Below are positions 13,487-27,940 of a DNA stretch of 64,000 bases, piece after piece. Position numbers and translations under genes: made by a program. The notes beneath the pieces are model-generated. The model made no database searches. It had not been told where the DNA came from and saw only the letters and a list, made by a program, of their open reading frames with translations. Source of the stretch: Paraspadella gotoi (lineage: Eukaryota > Animalia > Chaetognatha); the NCBI GenBank assembly GCA_051294375.1, contig CM119263.1, forward strand, positions 16,486,308 to 16,550,307. Reading direction: 5' to 3'. The first letter of the stretch is position 1. Every line of letters starts with the position of its first letter.

Positions 13487-13487
<1 letters not shown>
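13184..13487. repeat. Composite tandem repeat: three ~68-bp units separated by (CT)n
   Basis: CACTTACTTCACCATCTCGAGCC...CTCGATGAAGGTGATAATTTTTTGAC at 13184, 13299 and 13420. Confidence 0.92.
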
Positions 13488-13560
<73 letters not shown>

Positions 13561-13982
13561 TCTCTCCCTCTTTCTCTTTTCTCCCCCTCTCCCTCCCTCT
13601 CTCTCTATCTCGCTGCTTCGACGTCCCTTACTAGTCCAGTCTTTTCGGAAAGTTTCCGATTATCTTAACTCTTCTACACTGTTCACTGTTTACTGTATAT
13701 CCTGCTTCAAACGTAGCGAGACCTTTTAATCACAGCACAATTACCTTTAACTCATAATACTCCTTTACACCCCTGCCACTCCGCACCACCACCCCTTAAC
13801 CTATCTCCTCTTCTCTTCTCTCCTCTCCTCCTCTTCTTTCCATCCGCCCTTTTGACCGCAGAGCTTGATCTCGCCACTCCCCGCGGCACAGATTTTTATC
13901 GGCCCCCGGTGCTTTACCCTTTCCACTCTGCAACTCCTTGTCTCAGCTTCATCTCATTATATCTCCTCTGCATCTCTCGTCC

Positions 13983-14065
<83 letters not shown>

Positions 14066-14510
14066 ATTTCCCCAACGTCTCTTCCTCATTTTTCCTTTGA
14101 CGTTTTTCGCCCCTCTCCTTCGAACTTACCCTCAAATTTTTAACTTCCCTCACGCCCACCTTCTCTCTTTGCCCCTCAACCCTTTCTTACCCCTTTTCGC
14201 ATCATCTATCTTCGCTCCCTCTTCCAACCAACCCTCGTCCTCACTTCCCCACTAACCCCACCTCCTCTTCCCCACCCCCACCTTACCCCCGCGCCTACTT
14301 CCTCTTCCTCTCGCGCTCGTCGTTGACCTCCTTTTCGCAACCCCGGCGCCTCTCTGCGCGGCGGGAGATTCAACCAATTTAGCGACTCGAACCGAAAATG
14401 AAAAAAAAAAAAGTTTTTTACGAGGCGAAGAACGTGAGTTTAGGGCGAAGAGAACCAAGTCTCTGATTAAGGGGCAAAGAATTTCCGTGCTGGGTTGACG
14501 GGGGAAGGAA

Positions 14511-14552
<42 letters not shown>

Positions 14553-16961
14553 GTATGGTCATTGGGATACTGTACTCGTATTAAATTTGTTTCAGTGATT
14601 CTCGCTCAGAATTGTCTAATTTTCTAATATAACCTGCTATGTCATTGTCTTGTTAATTCTGTTAATTTAAATATTTATATTTTGTTGAATTGTAAACTGT
14701 ACAATTTATCTGTAATGCTGTATGCCCTTTTGAATGTACTGTTTCAACTAATTGTTGTAAACGAATAAAACACATATATATTAAATGAATGGATACTTTT
14801 TATACAATTTCATAAAGATTTCCGTAACTCTTATTGAAAGAAAGAAAAGATAGAAATGTCAATACTTTACTACTCACTAAGTACTCTTTAAACATTGTAT
14901 CATTAAAGACAGTTTCTCGAAAAAAAAAAGCTTTTTGAAACCATTAATGCTACTTTCTTCGCTCTTTGGCAGAGTTTCTAAAAAAAGGATTCCCAACAAA
15001 TTAAATTTGTCTCGGTTTTCCGCGAAAAAAGTTGGGAGGTAGGGAAAAAGAGGAAAGGTAAGACTCTACGAAAAGAGGAAAAGGGGGAAGTTAAAAGAGA
15101 AAAGAGAAGGCAAATCGAAAAAAGGAGATTGGGTCCGGATAAATATAAATATAAATAAAACAAGGAAAGGCTCACAGGAAAAGGGAAAGGTGAGAAACGT
15201 TGTTGTCTTTTTACGTCACGTGACTTTGAGGTGCCAACTGCGTCCAACGAGAAAAACCGAAGAATTTGGAGGCGCGAAAATACAAAAAAAAAATGGGGGG
15301 GGGAGATTGGAGGAAAGGAGAAGGAAAGAAAAACAAGAAGAAAAAAGGAATGACGGAGAAAAGAGGAAGAAAAAAGGAAGGAAATATCAAAGAGAAGGGA
15401 AAAGAAAAATAAGAAGGAAATAGAAATAAAACACGAGAAAACCGGGGATGAGAAAAAAAAGAACAGAAAGAGAAAAGACGAAAGAAAAAGCAGTGGAAAT
15501 ATAGTTTAAGGAGGAAGGTGAGAATATTCCGTGGTTGTGGTTGTGATTAGAAGGAGAAGAGGCAATGTTAGACTTAAAAGTGGGTAAACGGGGAATGGCG
15601 ATTGCAATCATCAGGATCAGGTGCGCCGATCGATTTTTTTCTTCTTCTCTTTCTTCTTCTATTTCCTCTTGTGAGACGCCGCCGTCGCCGCTGCCGCCGT
15701 CGTCGTCGCCGTCGCCGCCGACACCCCCGTCGCCACCGCCTCCATCGTCGCCGCCACCGTCCCCGACGCCGCCAAGGTTCTCGTCTTACACGCTAACTAT
15801 TAATTCAATCAACGAGTTTTTATCGACTCAATATAATTTTACTTATTCAAATAATTTCTTTGAATATTTCTTCCGTTTTGCAGAAATAATATTTTTTTCT
15901 CCTAAGGCGGCTGCATCGACTGGTGCGGGGAAATCGGGAAGTGCTGACCCTTTATGCGTCACATTATTCCTAATCCTATTCGTATATTTTTCTCGTCGGT
16001 CGAACCAAAGGAAGATAAATCTCCCAGAAATCCCGTCGTCGATTTCGATCGTAAAAACGTCTCTAACCGATATTCGCCTCTTCCCATTTTTTCTTTCTCT
16101 TTCTCTTTCTCTTTCTCTTTCTCTTTCTCTTTCTCTTTCTTCCCCCTCCCGACGGTCCGACTCAGAGACCACCGCATAACTCTTTTTTTTTCCCTCAGTT
16201 CACTTGTGCTTTTTTTTTGGGGGGGGGGCCCGTCAGTCGTTTTCTAAGTTTTTCCACTCTTCCCTTCTTTTTGTTTCCTGTTTTTCTTATATTTATAGGT
16301 AAGCTCCCTTTTACCGGTATGTATATTGTATAATGTATAACCTCTCTCTGTCGCCGATTATTCTTCCTCCTTTCCCTGCGGGTAGAGTTCTCTTTTCTTT
16401 CCGCTTCACTTCTTCTCTAACCCTTTTTCCATTCGAAGTACCTTTCTCCCTAATCCTTTCCCATTAATCCCGACTTTTTCCTATCTCAACCTTAACCGTT
16501 GAACCGCCGCTTCCACTCTACGCATACTCTCCCTATCTTATTACAACCATTTTATAATTACAAACTCAAAACAGAAAGAGAATAAGGAATTCTCTTCCCG
16601 CGACCGGATTCATCCCGTCCCCCCCATTCCTCCCTCGTTCCTCCTCGAAAAAGAGTTTGTTTACCTTTGGGATCGAAAATCTAAATCCGAGTCGACGCTG
16701 CCTCCATTCGATTTTCCTCAGTCATCCTCTCAAAATCTTATTTATCATTATTTATTATCATAAATGTTATTATGTTGTTGAATATTATTATATCATATTA
16801 TTTATTATACATTATCATATTTACAATAACTTTATAATTCTACTAATTCTAAAATAACGTTGATAATGGTCGGAAACGGCACAGTGATGGCCCTATACGT
16901 TCTTATTTCCAGCGCTTCGTCATCGCTTCTCCCTTTTCAGCACATCCTTTCTTCCAGCAAG

Positions 16962-16993
<32 letters not shown>

Positions 16994-17263
16994 AGTCTCT
17001 CTCTCGCTCTCTATCTCTCTCCCGCAGTCTTTTCGTAGTAAACCGTCAAATATTTTTTTATTCTTTGTGCGAGGCTGCTTCACCAGGGAACAATGGTACA
17101 GTCAAAGTGAGCAGCGCTCGTTTTTGCACCCATTTTGCATTTTGAGTTGTTGCGGTCACTCCGAGAACCTTGAAGATTGCGACTTGTTTCGTGTCTTGTT
17201 AGCATAATTGTTATTTTCTTTTTTTTTTTTAAATCAACAAACTGTATACACAATTGGCCACTT

Positions 17264-17307
17264 GCTCTCAAGTCTTCGGAGGCGTGGGTTCGAATCTCAC
17301 CGCTACA
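17264..17307 (+). pseudogene. tRNA-Leu 3' fragment (variable arm, T arm, acceptor 3' strand)
   Basis: TCTTCGGAGGCGTGGGTTCGAATCTCACCGCTACA matches the eukaryotic tRNA-Leu 3' half (...CTTCGGAGGCGTGGGTTCGAATCCCACCGCTGCCA); D and anticodon arms are absent. Confidence 0.7.
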
Positions 17308-20300
17308 ACCAATACAAGTGGAGGAGGGAATTTTTAATAAGAAAAATTCGACCTCAGATTGAATTCAATGAACGCGAGTTTATTTAAATAATATCATCGA
17401 GGGAATGCGCGCGGAAAAGAAACTACAATGACTTTTATATGCTCCACTTTATGCCGGTAATATTATTTACATTTTTTGAAATTAAAAAATCGATCTTCAC
17501 TAAATTGTAAATGTAAGTTTTGGAATCACATTTTCAAGTCCCGTCACATTCAACAGCCTCCAGATAAAGAAAAACCAAGTGTTCTTCCCCTTCGAAAAAA
17601 AAAATATCGCTGGCGTCTAAATCCATTCCCGTCCTTTTTCTATTTACTTGGCGCCGGTATTTTGGTTTACTGTTTTTTTTTCCTCCACCGCATAAAGCGA
17701 CGGGGTTTTTTAGACCACCGTATATAAAACGAGAAATCTGAGAAAACGCTCGGTAAGGTGCCAAGAAAAGAGAAAAAGGAGATAAAGAGAAAGGAATAGA
17801 AAATGTCGAGGAAAAAAAAGAGGAAAAAATATGAGATTTAAAAAAAAATAGAGCGTAATGAGATTGAAATGGAAGGCGCGTGAAGAAAATACTATAATTT
17901 TATTAATAGTACGTATATAAATGAAAGAAAATTATCGTAATTGGAGAAAAATAAAAAAAAGAGTTTAAAAATGAAAACAAAACTAATTTGAAAATATATA
18001 ACATACGATGGAAATCGATCCGATAAAAATGTCGAAGTTATAAAGTGGAAATGAAAAGTTCGGAGAAAAAAAAGAGATTCCACAAACGAGTCTGAAAAAG
18101 GCATCTTTATTTCTTTTCATCTCTTTAATTTCCCCTAAAATGCGAATTAAGCCGAATACAAAATGACGCCAAGAAAAAAAGCGAGAATGAATGACAAAAA
18201 GGATGGGTTTTAAAAAAATGGTGGGAGCGACGGCAAATAAGTTTAATCGCCTTGTTATTGCAGATAAATTAATTTTTTTAATTTAGTTATCGAAATAATA
18301 AGCAGAATATATATATATATATATATTATATATATCTTTTTTTTTGATCGACCTTCCATCGAGAGTCTTGTTAATCGTCATTTTCGTCGTTTTCGTCGTT
18401 TTCGTCTTCTTTTCTTCTCTCAACTCCTAGGTCCTCACCTTCTGCGTTACTTTCGGGTAATTTATTGCCTAAAAATAAGATCAACCGCCAACTAATTTCT
18501 TTTTTCCTCTCTCTCCATCGGTCCTAAATAAAGTATCTGTGTCGCTCGGGGTCTGCAAGGTTCTCACAGACACTCGCACACAACCAACCCCTGGCTCCGC
18601 GAACGTGTCAACCGAGCTCAACTTTTTTACTAAATTTTTCCGCTCTTGTTTTATTATTTTTACGTTTTAGTTTTCGTTTTTATTTGTTTTCGGGTCCGAG
18701 GCTTCGAAGGTCGAAAGAATCGGGAGGATGGGGAGCAGGAGAAAGGCTGGAGTGAGAAATTGGTAAGTGGTGGTGAATGGTTAGTGGTGGAACTTACGTC
18801 GCTGGGGAGGTGCTGATTTTTTCATCGCCATTTTTAGAAAATGTGGCGAAAGTGGGTGAAGGACTATCTGGAAACGAAAAACTAATTTCTGGGAAGTTAT
18901 TGTAAAAGCGGAGGTAAAAAGTCGTGAGGCGTTGACAGTGATCGATGATGTTGTGAAAGGAAAAAGTATCACGTCCCGAACAAGTCGTACCTATGTATGA
19001 AAAAGATTCTGCATTAGAGGAAAATATGAAAATTGCAAAAATTACTTGTTTCAGTATTAGATTTTATAATATTCATTAAAATTATATATTACAAATTCGA
19101 TATGTGTTATTCGATACAATATGGTGAATGATTTATTTTTGACATATAAGTGACATGAATTAATCACGGTTCCATAATTTGTCAATATTAAAGTTTAAAA
19201 AAAAATGTACAAGCATAGAAGTTTCTTGAATACATGATAATCCAAAAGCTTAAATTTTTTTTTCCAGACAAAGCGAGAATTTTAAAGTTAAAAAAATGCA
19301 TAAATGGTAGCAGATGTTATTGTCGTTTTAGAAAAGTTGAGGCCTGAGGGGAAAGCGCCAAAGGGGAGTTGGTGAGTCTCCCAATAAAGAGATCGGCAGC
19401 GGTTGAGAGATGTGTGGAATGCGGGGGCAAGACAAACCATAGTTTTTAACATAGAGAAGACAGAGACAGAGTCAGGTGCTGCGTTGCGGTACAACGTCGA
19501 CGATTCGTTTAGTGACGTTACGATACGAAACGTTAGCTATGAACGAAGAGATATTCGCGCTGCTCTCAATTAAAAACAATAGCTTTAAAAAGACGCGTAT
19601 CAAAAGCAAATTGTCTGACTGGTAAACGAACAAAGAATAATTCATGTACTATTTAAATACTGTTTTTTTTTTGTTGGCCGAGTAGGAATTCTAAATTAGG
19701 AACTTTAGTTACGTTTTTGATTCCCTTTTTTCCTTCTCACCCCATCTTCCCCTATCCTCGTCAATGTCGTCTCTCCGGCACCAAAATATGCAAATTAATC
19801 GTAAACAAAAGATTCCCATTTCCATTTCCTCAGTCCATTTCCATTCTCCGGTTCTCAGTCATTTTTTGTGACTTGGTTAGCGCTGGAGAAAAAAAAATTA
19901 TATAATATAAGGGAGCAATTTCAATTCTTGCTGCGACAAAAAATTCTCAGTCTTGACGGCAGTTTTTTTCTGTCAGTGTTCCAATAATTTGATACAGAAA
20001 AACTCAGCAGTCGACAAGTACAGTCTCAAGCGCTATTCTCGTGTTTATAAAAACATGCAATCTCATCTTTATTTTTTCTCAATCAAGAAATCTACTTTTA
20101 AAATAATTCGAAAAAGTCTTGTGTTCAACAGCGTCACGTATTTACGTTGTATCCAAGTACAGTTATTATCTCTTCATTATCTTATATATTCTGAGCCCTA
20201 GGTTTTCATTTTTGATTTATCTATGATTATCCATTTCCAAGCTTCGACAGATTTCCTTATATTTTATCGATTTCGAAAATAAGAATTTCCCGTCTTCGCT

Positions 20301-23300
20301 TGACAAAGTTGACAGTTATGGCGGAGATGCCAGATATGGTAAACGCAAATCTGGCTTTTAAAGCCATGATGGGTGTTTGTTAAAAAAAACCAGGGTTGTT
20401 CCACTCTTCAACTTTCACACTCTCTTGTTTTCATATTTATTGTTCCATGTTAATAAAAAGTGAATAAACTATAGCCTTTTTTGTTTCTTTAAATATAAAT
20501 AGAGGATTTTTTTCCCTAATTGTTATAAGGAGGCCCTCTCAACCTTCACACAATGCTCATCAAATAGCCATTATATTCCAGAAAACTCTTCCCTCCCTTT
20601 ATCATCACTCTTTTTTCGTTTAAAGGTCTTTTTTTCTTATACGGTTACTTTCTTATCATTTCTCCCTTTGCTCCCTCGCCCGCATTCCCCAGTCTTTATC
20701 TTTCTCTTACCTTCTCCCCCACGGTTCCCACATTAAATCCGAAAAGGAGGTCAACCACGATTCCGTCCCGCATTCTCTTGGGGACCTGAAAAAACAGCCG
20801 ACAATTGAACATCCAAAACATGAGGGGGGGGGGAAACAGTTCGCGAAACAAAAGAAAGGAAAAACAAAAACAAGTTTGATAAGAAAGCGAGGGCGACGGA
20901 GATCGAGAAAGTTTGCTCAAACGTCAGGGGAAAAAAAAAACTACAGGAGGGTCGAACAAGTTGCAGAAGTTTACAAATAGCAGACAGTTGCTTGAATCGA
21001 ACAAAAAAAAAGTAAGTTCCTGTGACAGGATAATTTCAGGTCAGAGGGGAGTTTGCTCACTGGGAATTCGGAGAAAAAAAATCAACAAAAAACCAAAAAA
21101 ACTTAACCACAATGAGGTCGTTTCGCTTTTCAGTCTTTCTGCTCGAAGAAAAAGACAGAAAGAGAAGTACATAGGCAAAAGCTTTTAATAAGATAAACGA
21201 CTTCTTTTCGGTTATTCCTCTCAGAGAATATGCAAACGAGGTTCGGTGCTGTTGAGACTTACCTATAATAAGGTCGTGGGGAGAAGAGAGTGGAAATTAG
21301 GATTCGCGAGAGTGAGGTGTTGTGGGGGGGAGAGGTTTGAGGAGGAGTTAATTCGAGAATGAGACTGAGAGGAGCGAAAGAAATAGAAAGGATAAAAACT
21401 GTTACCGAGTACAAAAGTGGATGGGATAGAAAGAGGAGAGACAGAAACAGACAGAGCGGCCGTTGACTCGAGTTGGTTTCGGTGGAGCAGGAAGGAAAAG
21501 TGGGAAAGGAAAAAAAGGGGGGGGAAAGAAAATCCTCGGATGGAATCCTTTTGTTGTTCCCCGATTCTTTTTTTTTTCGTCTCTTTTGTGACAAAAAAGA
21601 GACTCGTGGGTCTCATGGTTATTCCAAGGATAGAATCGTTGTGGCTTCGTTCGTTGACACCGTTGTGGGGGTTGTGGTAGCTGTGGTCGCTTAACTGCCG
21701 CTGAGGTTTTTTTATTCATGGTTTCTGGCTTCGAACTTTTTCATCATTATCTGATATTCAGTATCGGCATTAACATCAGCAAACCCCTGAGGACAAGAGA
21801 ACGTCAGCAGGAGTCCCGATTCTATTCTTATTCTCGTCTTCTTTCTAAACTCTGGATGTGTTCGCAATTCCTAAGACGGTTTTTTCTTTGGTCGCACCTT
21901 TGACGCCATTTTGACTGCGAGAGGTGCCATGTAAAATTGGAAAATATTTTTAAAATAAGAAAAAGGAGGGATGTTGTTTAAATTAAACGGAAGAAGTGTA
22001 AGGGGAAAACAGGAGTTACGTAAGCTTAGGGACGAAAGAAGAAAACGATATGATATGATATGATATGATATGATATGATAACGAACGTAGGAAAAGATAG
22101 GGTAGACCCATACAAGATTCTCTTGCCTTGACTTAAATGGGAGCAATAAGGCTGAGGCTTCCAAAATAAAAGTACGTGAAGGATTTATTTTTATGTGTAA
22201 AAATATAGCAAAAAAAGAAAAAAAAAACAAGAAAAAAAACATCAATGCTCATATTTAAAAGAAAAAAAAGTTAAAAATCAAGGAGTCGGATGAATTTTGC
22301 AAAATAAGTAAACCGGGGAGAGAGAGAGAAAAGAAAAGTTAAAAAGAAACAACTAAAAAGTCAAAAAAGTATAAAGTGCACTTTTCGACGAAGAGAGTTT
22401 TTTATTTTTTATCTCCTTTCCAGGAAAAGTAGTTCGATCTTCCAGAAAATGGAGAGAAGGAGAAAAATAGAAGGTTTTAAAATTCAGAAGGAGCGAAACC
22501 TCGGGGGTTTGCAGAAAACTGGGTGAAGAACAAGGGTTAAGACTTGGGAGAACTAAGAATGGAGATGCGGAATTAGGAAATTATGAATTATGAACGACGT
22601 AGATTGGTCATTCTCATTTTTTGGCAACGCGAAAACTTTCAATTCAGCGAGGGGAATGAATTTCAGGCTAGGTTTAATAAGCATCGGAGTAAAAACTACT
22701 TGAAAAACAATGTTTAAATCTCAATAATGTTACCGGGTCTTTCATAGACTGAAACGTGGAGAAAAAAAAATGTCAACTCTATTTTCTGAATCCTTAAGTG
22801 ACGTTAAAAAAAAAAAAGCTAAAAATAAAAATTAATACAAATTGCCTCTCGGTATTCTGCTCTTCCGCTACGGTGTTGTTCTGTCAACGTTCCTTTTTCC
22901 CGACGCAGCTGCGTACGTTTGTCGGCGGCGCGGCGGCGGCGTCGGCGGAGGGCGTTGACGCCGGTGGTGGCAGGGGTTCCGAAGGTTGAGGGGAGTGTCG
23001 ATGGAAACTAAACCATGAAAACTAAAGAAAAAAATAACGAACCTCTCGAAAAGAAAGATAAGGGAATAACGATGAGAGGGGAATTTTGTCGGAGCCGCTT
23101 TTTGGGATCAGGTGGGAGAATTCGGCGCGAAAACCTCGAAATTTATTTCGCTTAAACGAATTACATGAAAAAAAAAGGGGGGGAGGCAAATGCGCTCGGT
23201 ATTCGTAATGAGTGACATCGTTGTGCGTTCGTTTCTTTCTTTCTAAAATTTCTCGATTGCGTTTATTTATGCGCATGCACAAATTGCACTTGCCTCTGAT

Positions 23301-23512
23301 CTTGGAAAGCATGAGGCAACTTTTTTTAATATTTTTACTTTATCTAAGTTAATCGCTACTTTAAAAACATGAAATTTTCGTATTACGGTTGAGATATTTT
23401 GTTTAAAAAAAAAAGAGTTTTAATTTTAAAGAAAAGTTAATGGGTTTTCAATGAGTTTGAATGAATCGCGTCGTTTTGAGCTCGTGAATATGGAGACCTA
23501 ATTATTGGAAAA

Positions 23513-23658
<146 letters not shown>

Positions 23659-24392
23659 GCAGGTAAATAAAACAACATTCTCCCAGATGTTTTTTGTCGT
23701 GATGATTACAAATCTAGTTAATTTTAATTAAAAAAGAACGGTAATTCCAATGTGTTTCGCCGCAGCGACTTTGTAAACTCGTGTATTTACGGTCACGCAT
23801 TGTCAGTTCCAATGAGCGTTCAATACGCACTGCATCGGAATTCCGTACTTTATTCTTTATATGAATTCTTTAAAAACTAACCGTCGCTTATATTTGAGGT
23901 TCATTTCACAACAATAACAAAAGAACAACAAAATACTATACGAAATACGGTGCATTTTTTTTCCGATCTCGTTACCGTAGTTTGACGTCTTCCACAGTTT
24001 GTTATTTCCTTAGTCGGCCCAAGGTAGAATCTCCAAATATATTTGTTCCAAGGAGAAGAACACAACAGTCACCGCGATATCCTGTCATTTATGTCAAGAT
24101 CTTTACCGTCACAGAAACAGGAAAGCTATCGTCGACCTAATCCAAACGCGCATGCGCTCGATAAAATTCCACAACGCCGTCATCACGTGATCTCGTGAGC
24201 CAATATTTACTCGTCCGGAAAATATTTCTTTCGTCTCTTCCTTTTCTTCTTCTTTTATTTTTCTCTTCACGTTTACTTCCATAGTTTTCTCGAGACTTTT
24301 CCTTCCTTGTTTTCTTTTACGACTCTACCCTACACGAGAAATAAATATCAATTACTTACTTGCTTTATTTTACTTTTCCCCACAGCCGTTTC

Positions 24393-24445
24393 TCGTTGCG
24401 CCGCGAGTTGTCGCGATGCAACTCTGTGAGTCACTTTTCGGTCGA
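24393..24445 (+). mobile_element. Decayed 5' end of the same HINE-like family
   Basis: GTTGCGCCGCGAGTTGTCGCGATGCAACTCTGTGAGTCACTTTTCGGTCG aligns with about 9470-9520. Confidence 0.6.
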
Positions 24446-24869
24446 TGAGTTTATCTGTTAATTAATTTCTGTTACGTTTAAAAAGTTAATAACTGAGGTA
24501 AATCAGTACAGATTTTTTTGTTGACTTATTTTTTTTATGCTCTAATTCTTTATATCAATATTTTAATTCTTTTACATCCATAAGATGATTTTACAGGCTC
24601 ATTGTGACAAGCATCCACATAAAAAAATTACAAATATTACAATTACAATACCGGTTTTTCTTTTCTTTTTCCTACCATATTTGTCTCTCCTCTTCCTCTT
24701 CCTCTTCCCCCTCGCTTCCACGTCCCAAGCCACCGAGTATCGACTTTCGAAGAGATTTCCGCCGAATCAGCGGCGCAGAAGTCACTGGATTGACATCCAG
24801 GTTTTTTTTTTTGGCGACTGTGGATGAGGAAGGGGGTGAGGCATCGGGGTGGAAGTGCAGGAGGTTGTA

Positions 24870-25012
24870 AGGGGGGGGGGGGGGGGGGGGAAGGGAAGGA
24901 TGTCGGGGGGGGGGGGGGGCGGGGGGGGGGGTGGGGGGGGGGGGGGGGGGGGGGAGGGGAAGGGGGCGGGGGGGGTGGGGGGGAGGTGGAAGGGGGGGAA
25001 CTGGGGAGGGGG
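24870..25012 (+). repeat. Poly-G tract (G-quadruplex-prone)
   Basis: Multiple G runs up to about 20 nt. Confidence 0.85.
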
Positions 25013-25106
25013 ATTAAGGGGACGAAAGGTCATCGACGTTTCGAATGTCGCGTTCGCGAGCAAACATCGATGGAGTCATCGGAAACCGCGGGAGAACAAG
25101 GATATC

Positions 25107-25245
<139 letters not shown>

Positions 25246-25980
25246 GCAAAGCGGCAAAAAAAATCTTTAAAAAGTTAAGAAAAAATTTTGTCACAAAAGA
25301 AACTTTTTGGCGGAACGAGGAAAGACTTCATTAAAACGAAAAAAAAAAAAATGGCGAGGTAATTGGAACCAAAACGAATGGTGGAGGCTTTTGTGAAATT
25401 TTTTCTCGAATTCTACCGCGTGAATGGAATAATAGGGAGGAAGGAAAGTCGCGACGAAAAGGAGCAACGTGAAAAAAACTAAATCACGAAGCGGATTCAC
25501 AGATCGAGTCGATGAAAAACAGCATTCACCAAAAGAGGAAAATAACGCGTTGGATTTTTTTTTCACGAATCAATAATTCAAGATTTCATTTCATACCGAC
25601 TGCAAGTTGATAGAGATGGCCATAGAGATGACCATAGAGATGGCCAATTAGCCAATTGAGAACTGAGGATCTTGGAATTTTTCCCGAATCCGTCTTACGC
25701 CCGTGAATAGGGATTAAGAAACAGACATATCATTAGTTGATGATCTTACGAAAAAGAGATAGTAATTATCACGTAATTATCACGAGATCGGAATACTTTT
25801 AGGAAATTAACTATACTTTTTTCTTTCGCCCCCTTTGGATAAATGAGTTATTTTCCAGTCTTATACTAATCAAATGAGAAGCCTTATTCCCTTCTGCATG
25901 AGTTGTTTCAATTAGATTTAGACACTAGTTAATTAAGAACGTCAAAGACTCAAGATTCTAAGCCGATTTATTAATTTTTT

Positions 25981-26022
<42 letters not shown>

Positions 26023-26840
26023 TCTCTTCTCAACTCTCAACAAACACCGCCTCTATCGAGAATAGTCATTCCCGCAATAACTTTTAAAGATCAGTTTTTT
26101 AAGGAAAAGAAAAAAATAAAGAAAAACCTCCCAACGATTTTATGCAAATGAGATGTTAATGTATTCCGCTTGTTCGATGAAACGTCTCCAGCAACGAACT
26201 GCGGTGACGCCGACTTCTTTAACATCATTACTCTTTTGTTTCAACTTCAAGGTTTTTTTTACTATTTTTACATTTTTTATTCAGTTTTTTTTTCTATATA
26301 TTTTTTCATTTTTTAATTCGTGGACATCATTTTTTAAAATTTAATTCGAAATTTTCTTTAAACTGATAAACACTATTCTTTTCTTTTTTTTCTATTAAGA
26401 GAGTCGCTCAAGAGAGAAAAGGTTGAGGCGATGGTGCTGAAGAAAAAATAAATTGGACAGGAGTGGAAGTGTCCTTGGGTATAAAAAAAATCAAGGAAAG
26501 GAAAGAGAACGGACGAAGATAATGCATAACTAGAAAAAGGCAGCTATTGTATATCAAATCAGTACGGTTCCCGAATAAAATTAATTATAGGAGTTCTGCT
26601 TCGGATCTGAGGAGGAAAGAGATAAAACGTCACATAGATTTTTTCGACAGAAAGAAAAAATTTCCCGTAACCAAAGTTGACGCTTCAATATTTTTTTATC
26701 GATTTTCTAACGGGGAAAAAGGAAATTTTAACCGAAACACAAATCATTGATGGCAGAAGGCAGAGGTTGGCTGGTTTAACTCGTTGATGTTGTGATATGT
26801 TAAAATATTTTCACGGATGAAAAACTTTTAAAAATAAATT

Positions 26841-26846
26841 TTTATT
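26841..26846 (-). terminator. Candidate polyadenylation signal (AATAAA) of kibra
   Basis: TTTATT on + strand about 500 nt downstream of the stop; the hexamer is common in AT-rich DNA. Confidence 0.35.
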
Positions 26847-27350
26847 CGAATGTAAAGAGTGCGAGGAATACGATGGTTAACACAATATTGGTAAACGGGT
26901 AACAACATGGATCGAATTAATTGGCGCAGATTCACTATCGTGAAAAGTGAAAATTAACCATCTGTCCATATAATTTCAATTTCTAATATCAACTTTTTAG
27001 AATTTTGTTTTAAATTGGCTAGAACGCGCCCTGAGCATTATTAGTTCTGTCTGAGATACCTAAATAATTCTAAACATTTTGGTTTTTTTAAAAGCCACAA
27101 TAGTTTTGCGCGATTTGAAAAACAAAAGATCTTGACGAACGAAGGGAATTGATTCAAGCGGCAATTGTTCACAAACTATTGTCGTTGGTCAAGAGAGAAA
27201 GAAAGCATTGATCATTGCAGACTCGCGAGGTCAAATCTCTGGAACCTTTAAAACGGTTGTCATGGTCAACTTTCGCAGTGAACGAAATTGGAACCTTAAT
27301 TAAGTCATTGGTCGACGAGGTTAACTGGTCGTTAAAGTGGTCGTTATAGT

Positions 27351-27940
27351 TCAAAGGTCGGTGGACACCAGATTGTCTAGCAGCGAAGGGTTCGTCGCCA
27401 ATATGGCCGCCACTTTGTCTTCGGGTTTCCTCCGATGCGAAGATTTCCTCTCTGCCGAGGCGGACTTTTTCCGCGGCGACGTCGAGCCTTTCCCTGTGGG
27501 GCCTCGCGACGGCGATGGCGACTCTTTACAACGCGGTTCGAACGGCGTCGTTTGTTGGCGCGGCGTCGTTTCCGAATCCGGCGTCGAAAAAGTCGATCCT
27601 TGGTGACGCGAAGAATTGTCGTTGGATTCCGTTCCGCAAGATGTTCGGTCATGGTGCGATAATGTTGTTGCAGCAGCCTCCGCTCCATCAGCCGCTGCAG
27701 TGTCTGCTCCAGCTTCCGCTCCAGTCTCCGCTCCTCTCGGAGGCGATGAAGTCTTCTCTCGATCTTCGTCGATCGTCGTCAACTGCTCCACCGATGGTTG
27801 ACTTCGTCGGCGAGGAAAGAAAAGGGACGCGTCGGAGATTGACTTTCCACGGACGCCATCTTGAAGTCGGGAGTCCGACGCGCGAGTGTCTTGACGGTGT
27901 CGTTCGTAATCCTTGGAGGATACGGCATGGTCGTTGGCGG
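27351..27940 (-). CDS. kibra: KIBRA terminal exon (non-canonical C-terminal extension)
   Basis: cctag acceptor, phase 1, open for 196 codons to ...NPSLLDNLVSTDL*; joins track ORF 27351..27791. Confidence 0.8.

Noticed and set aside
13184-13487. CRISPR-like array of constant units with variable spacers
   Set aside because: Units are 68 bp, spacers are pure (CT)n, there are no cas genes and the DNA is eukaryotic.
14548-14792. T-rich block ending in AATAAA, like a LINE 3' tail or an mRNA 3' end
   Set aside because: No reverse-transcriptase remnant or upstream exon; composition alone is not enough.
15565-16179. 204-aa Pro/Ser-rich ORF
   Set aside because: Built from (GCC/GTC)n and (TTCTCT)n repeats; no domain or consistent exon structure.
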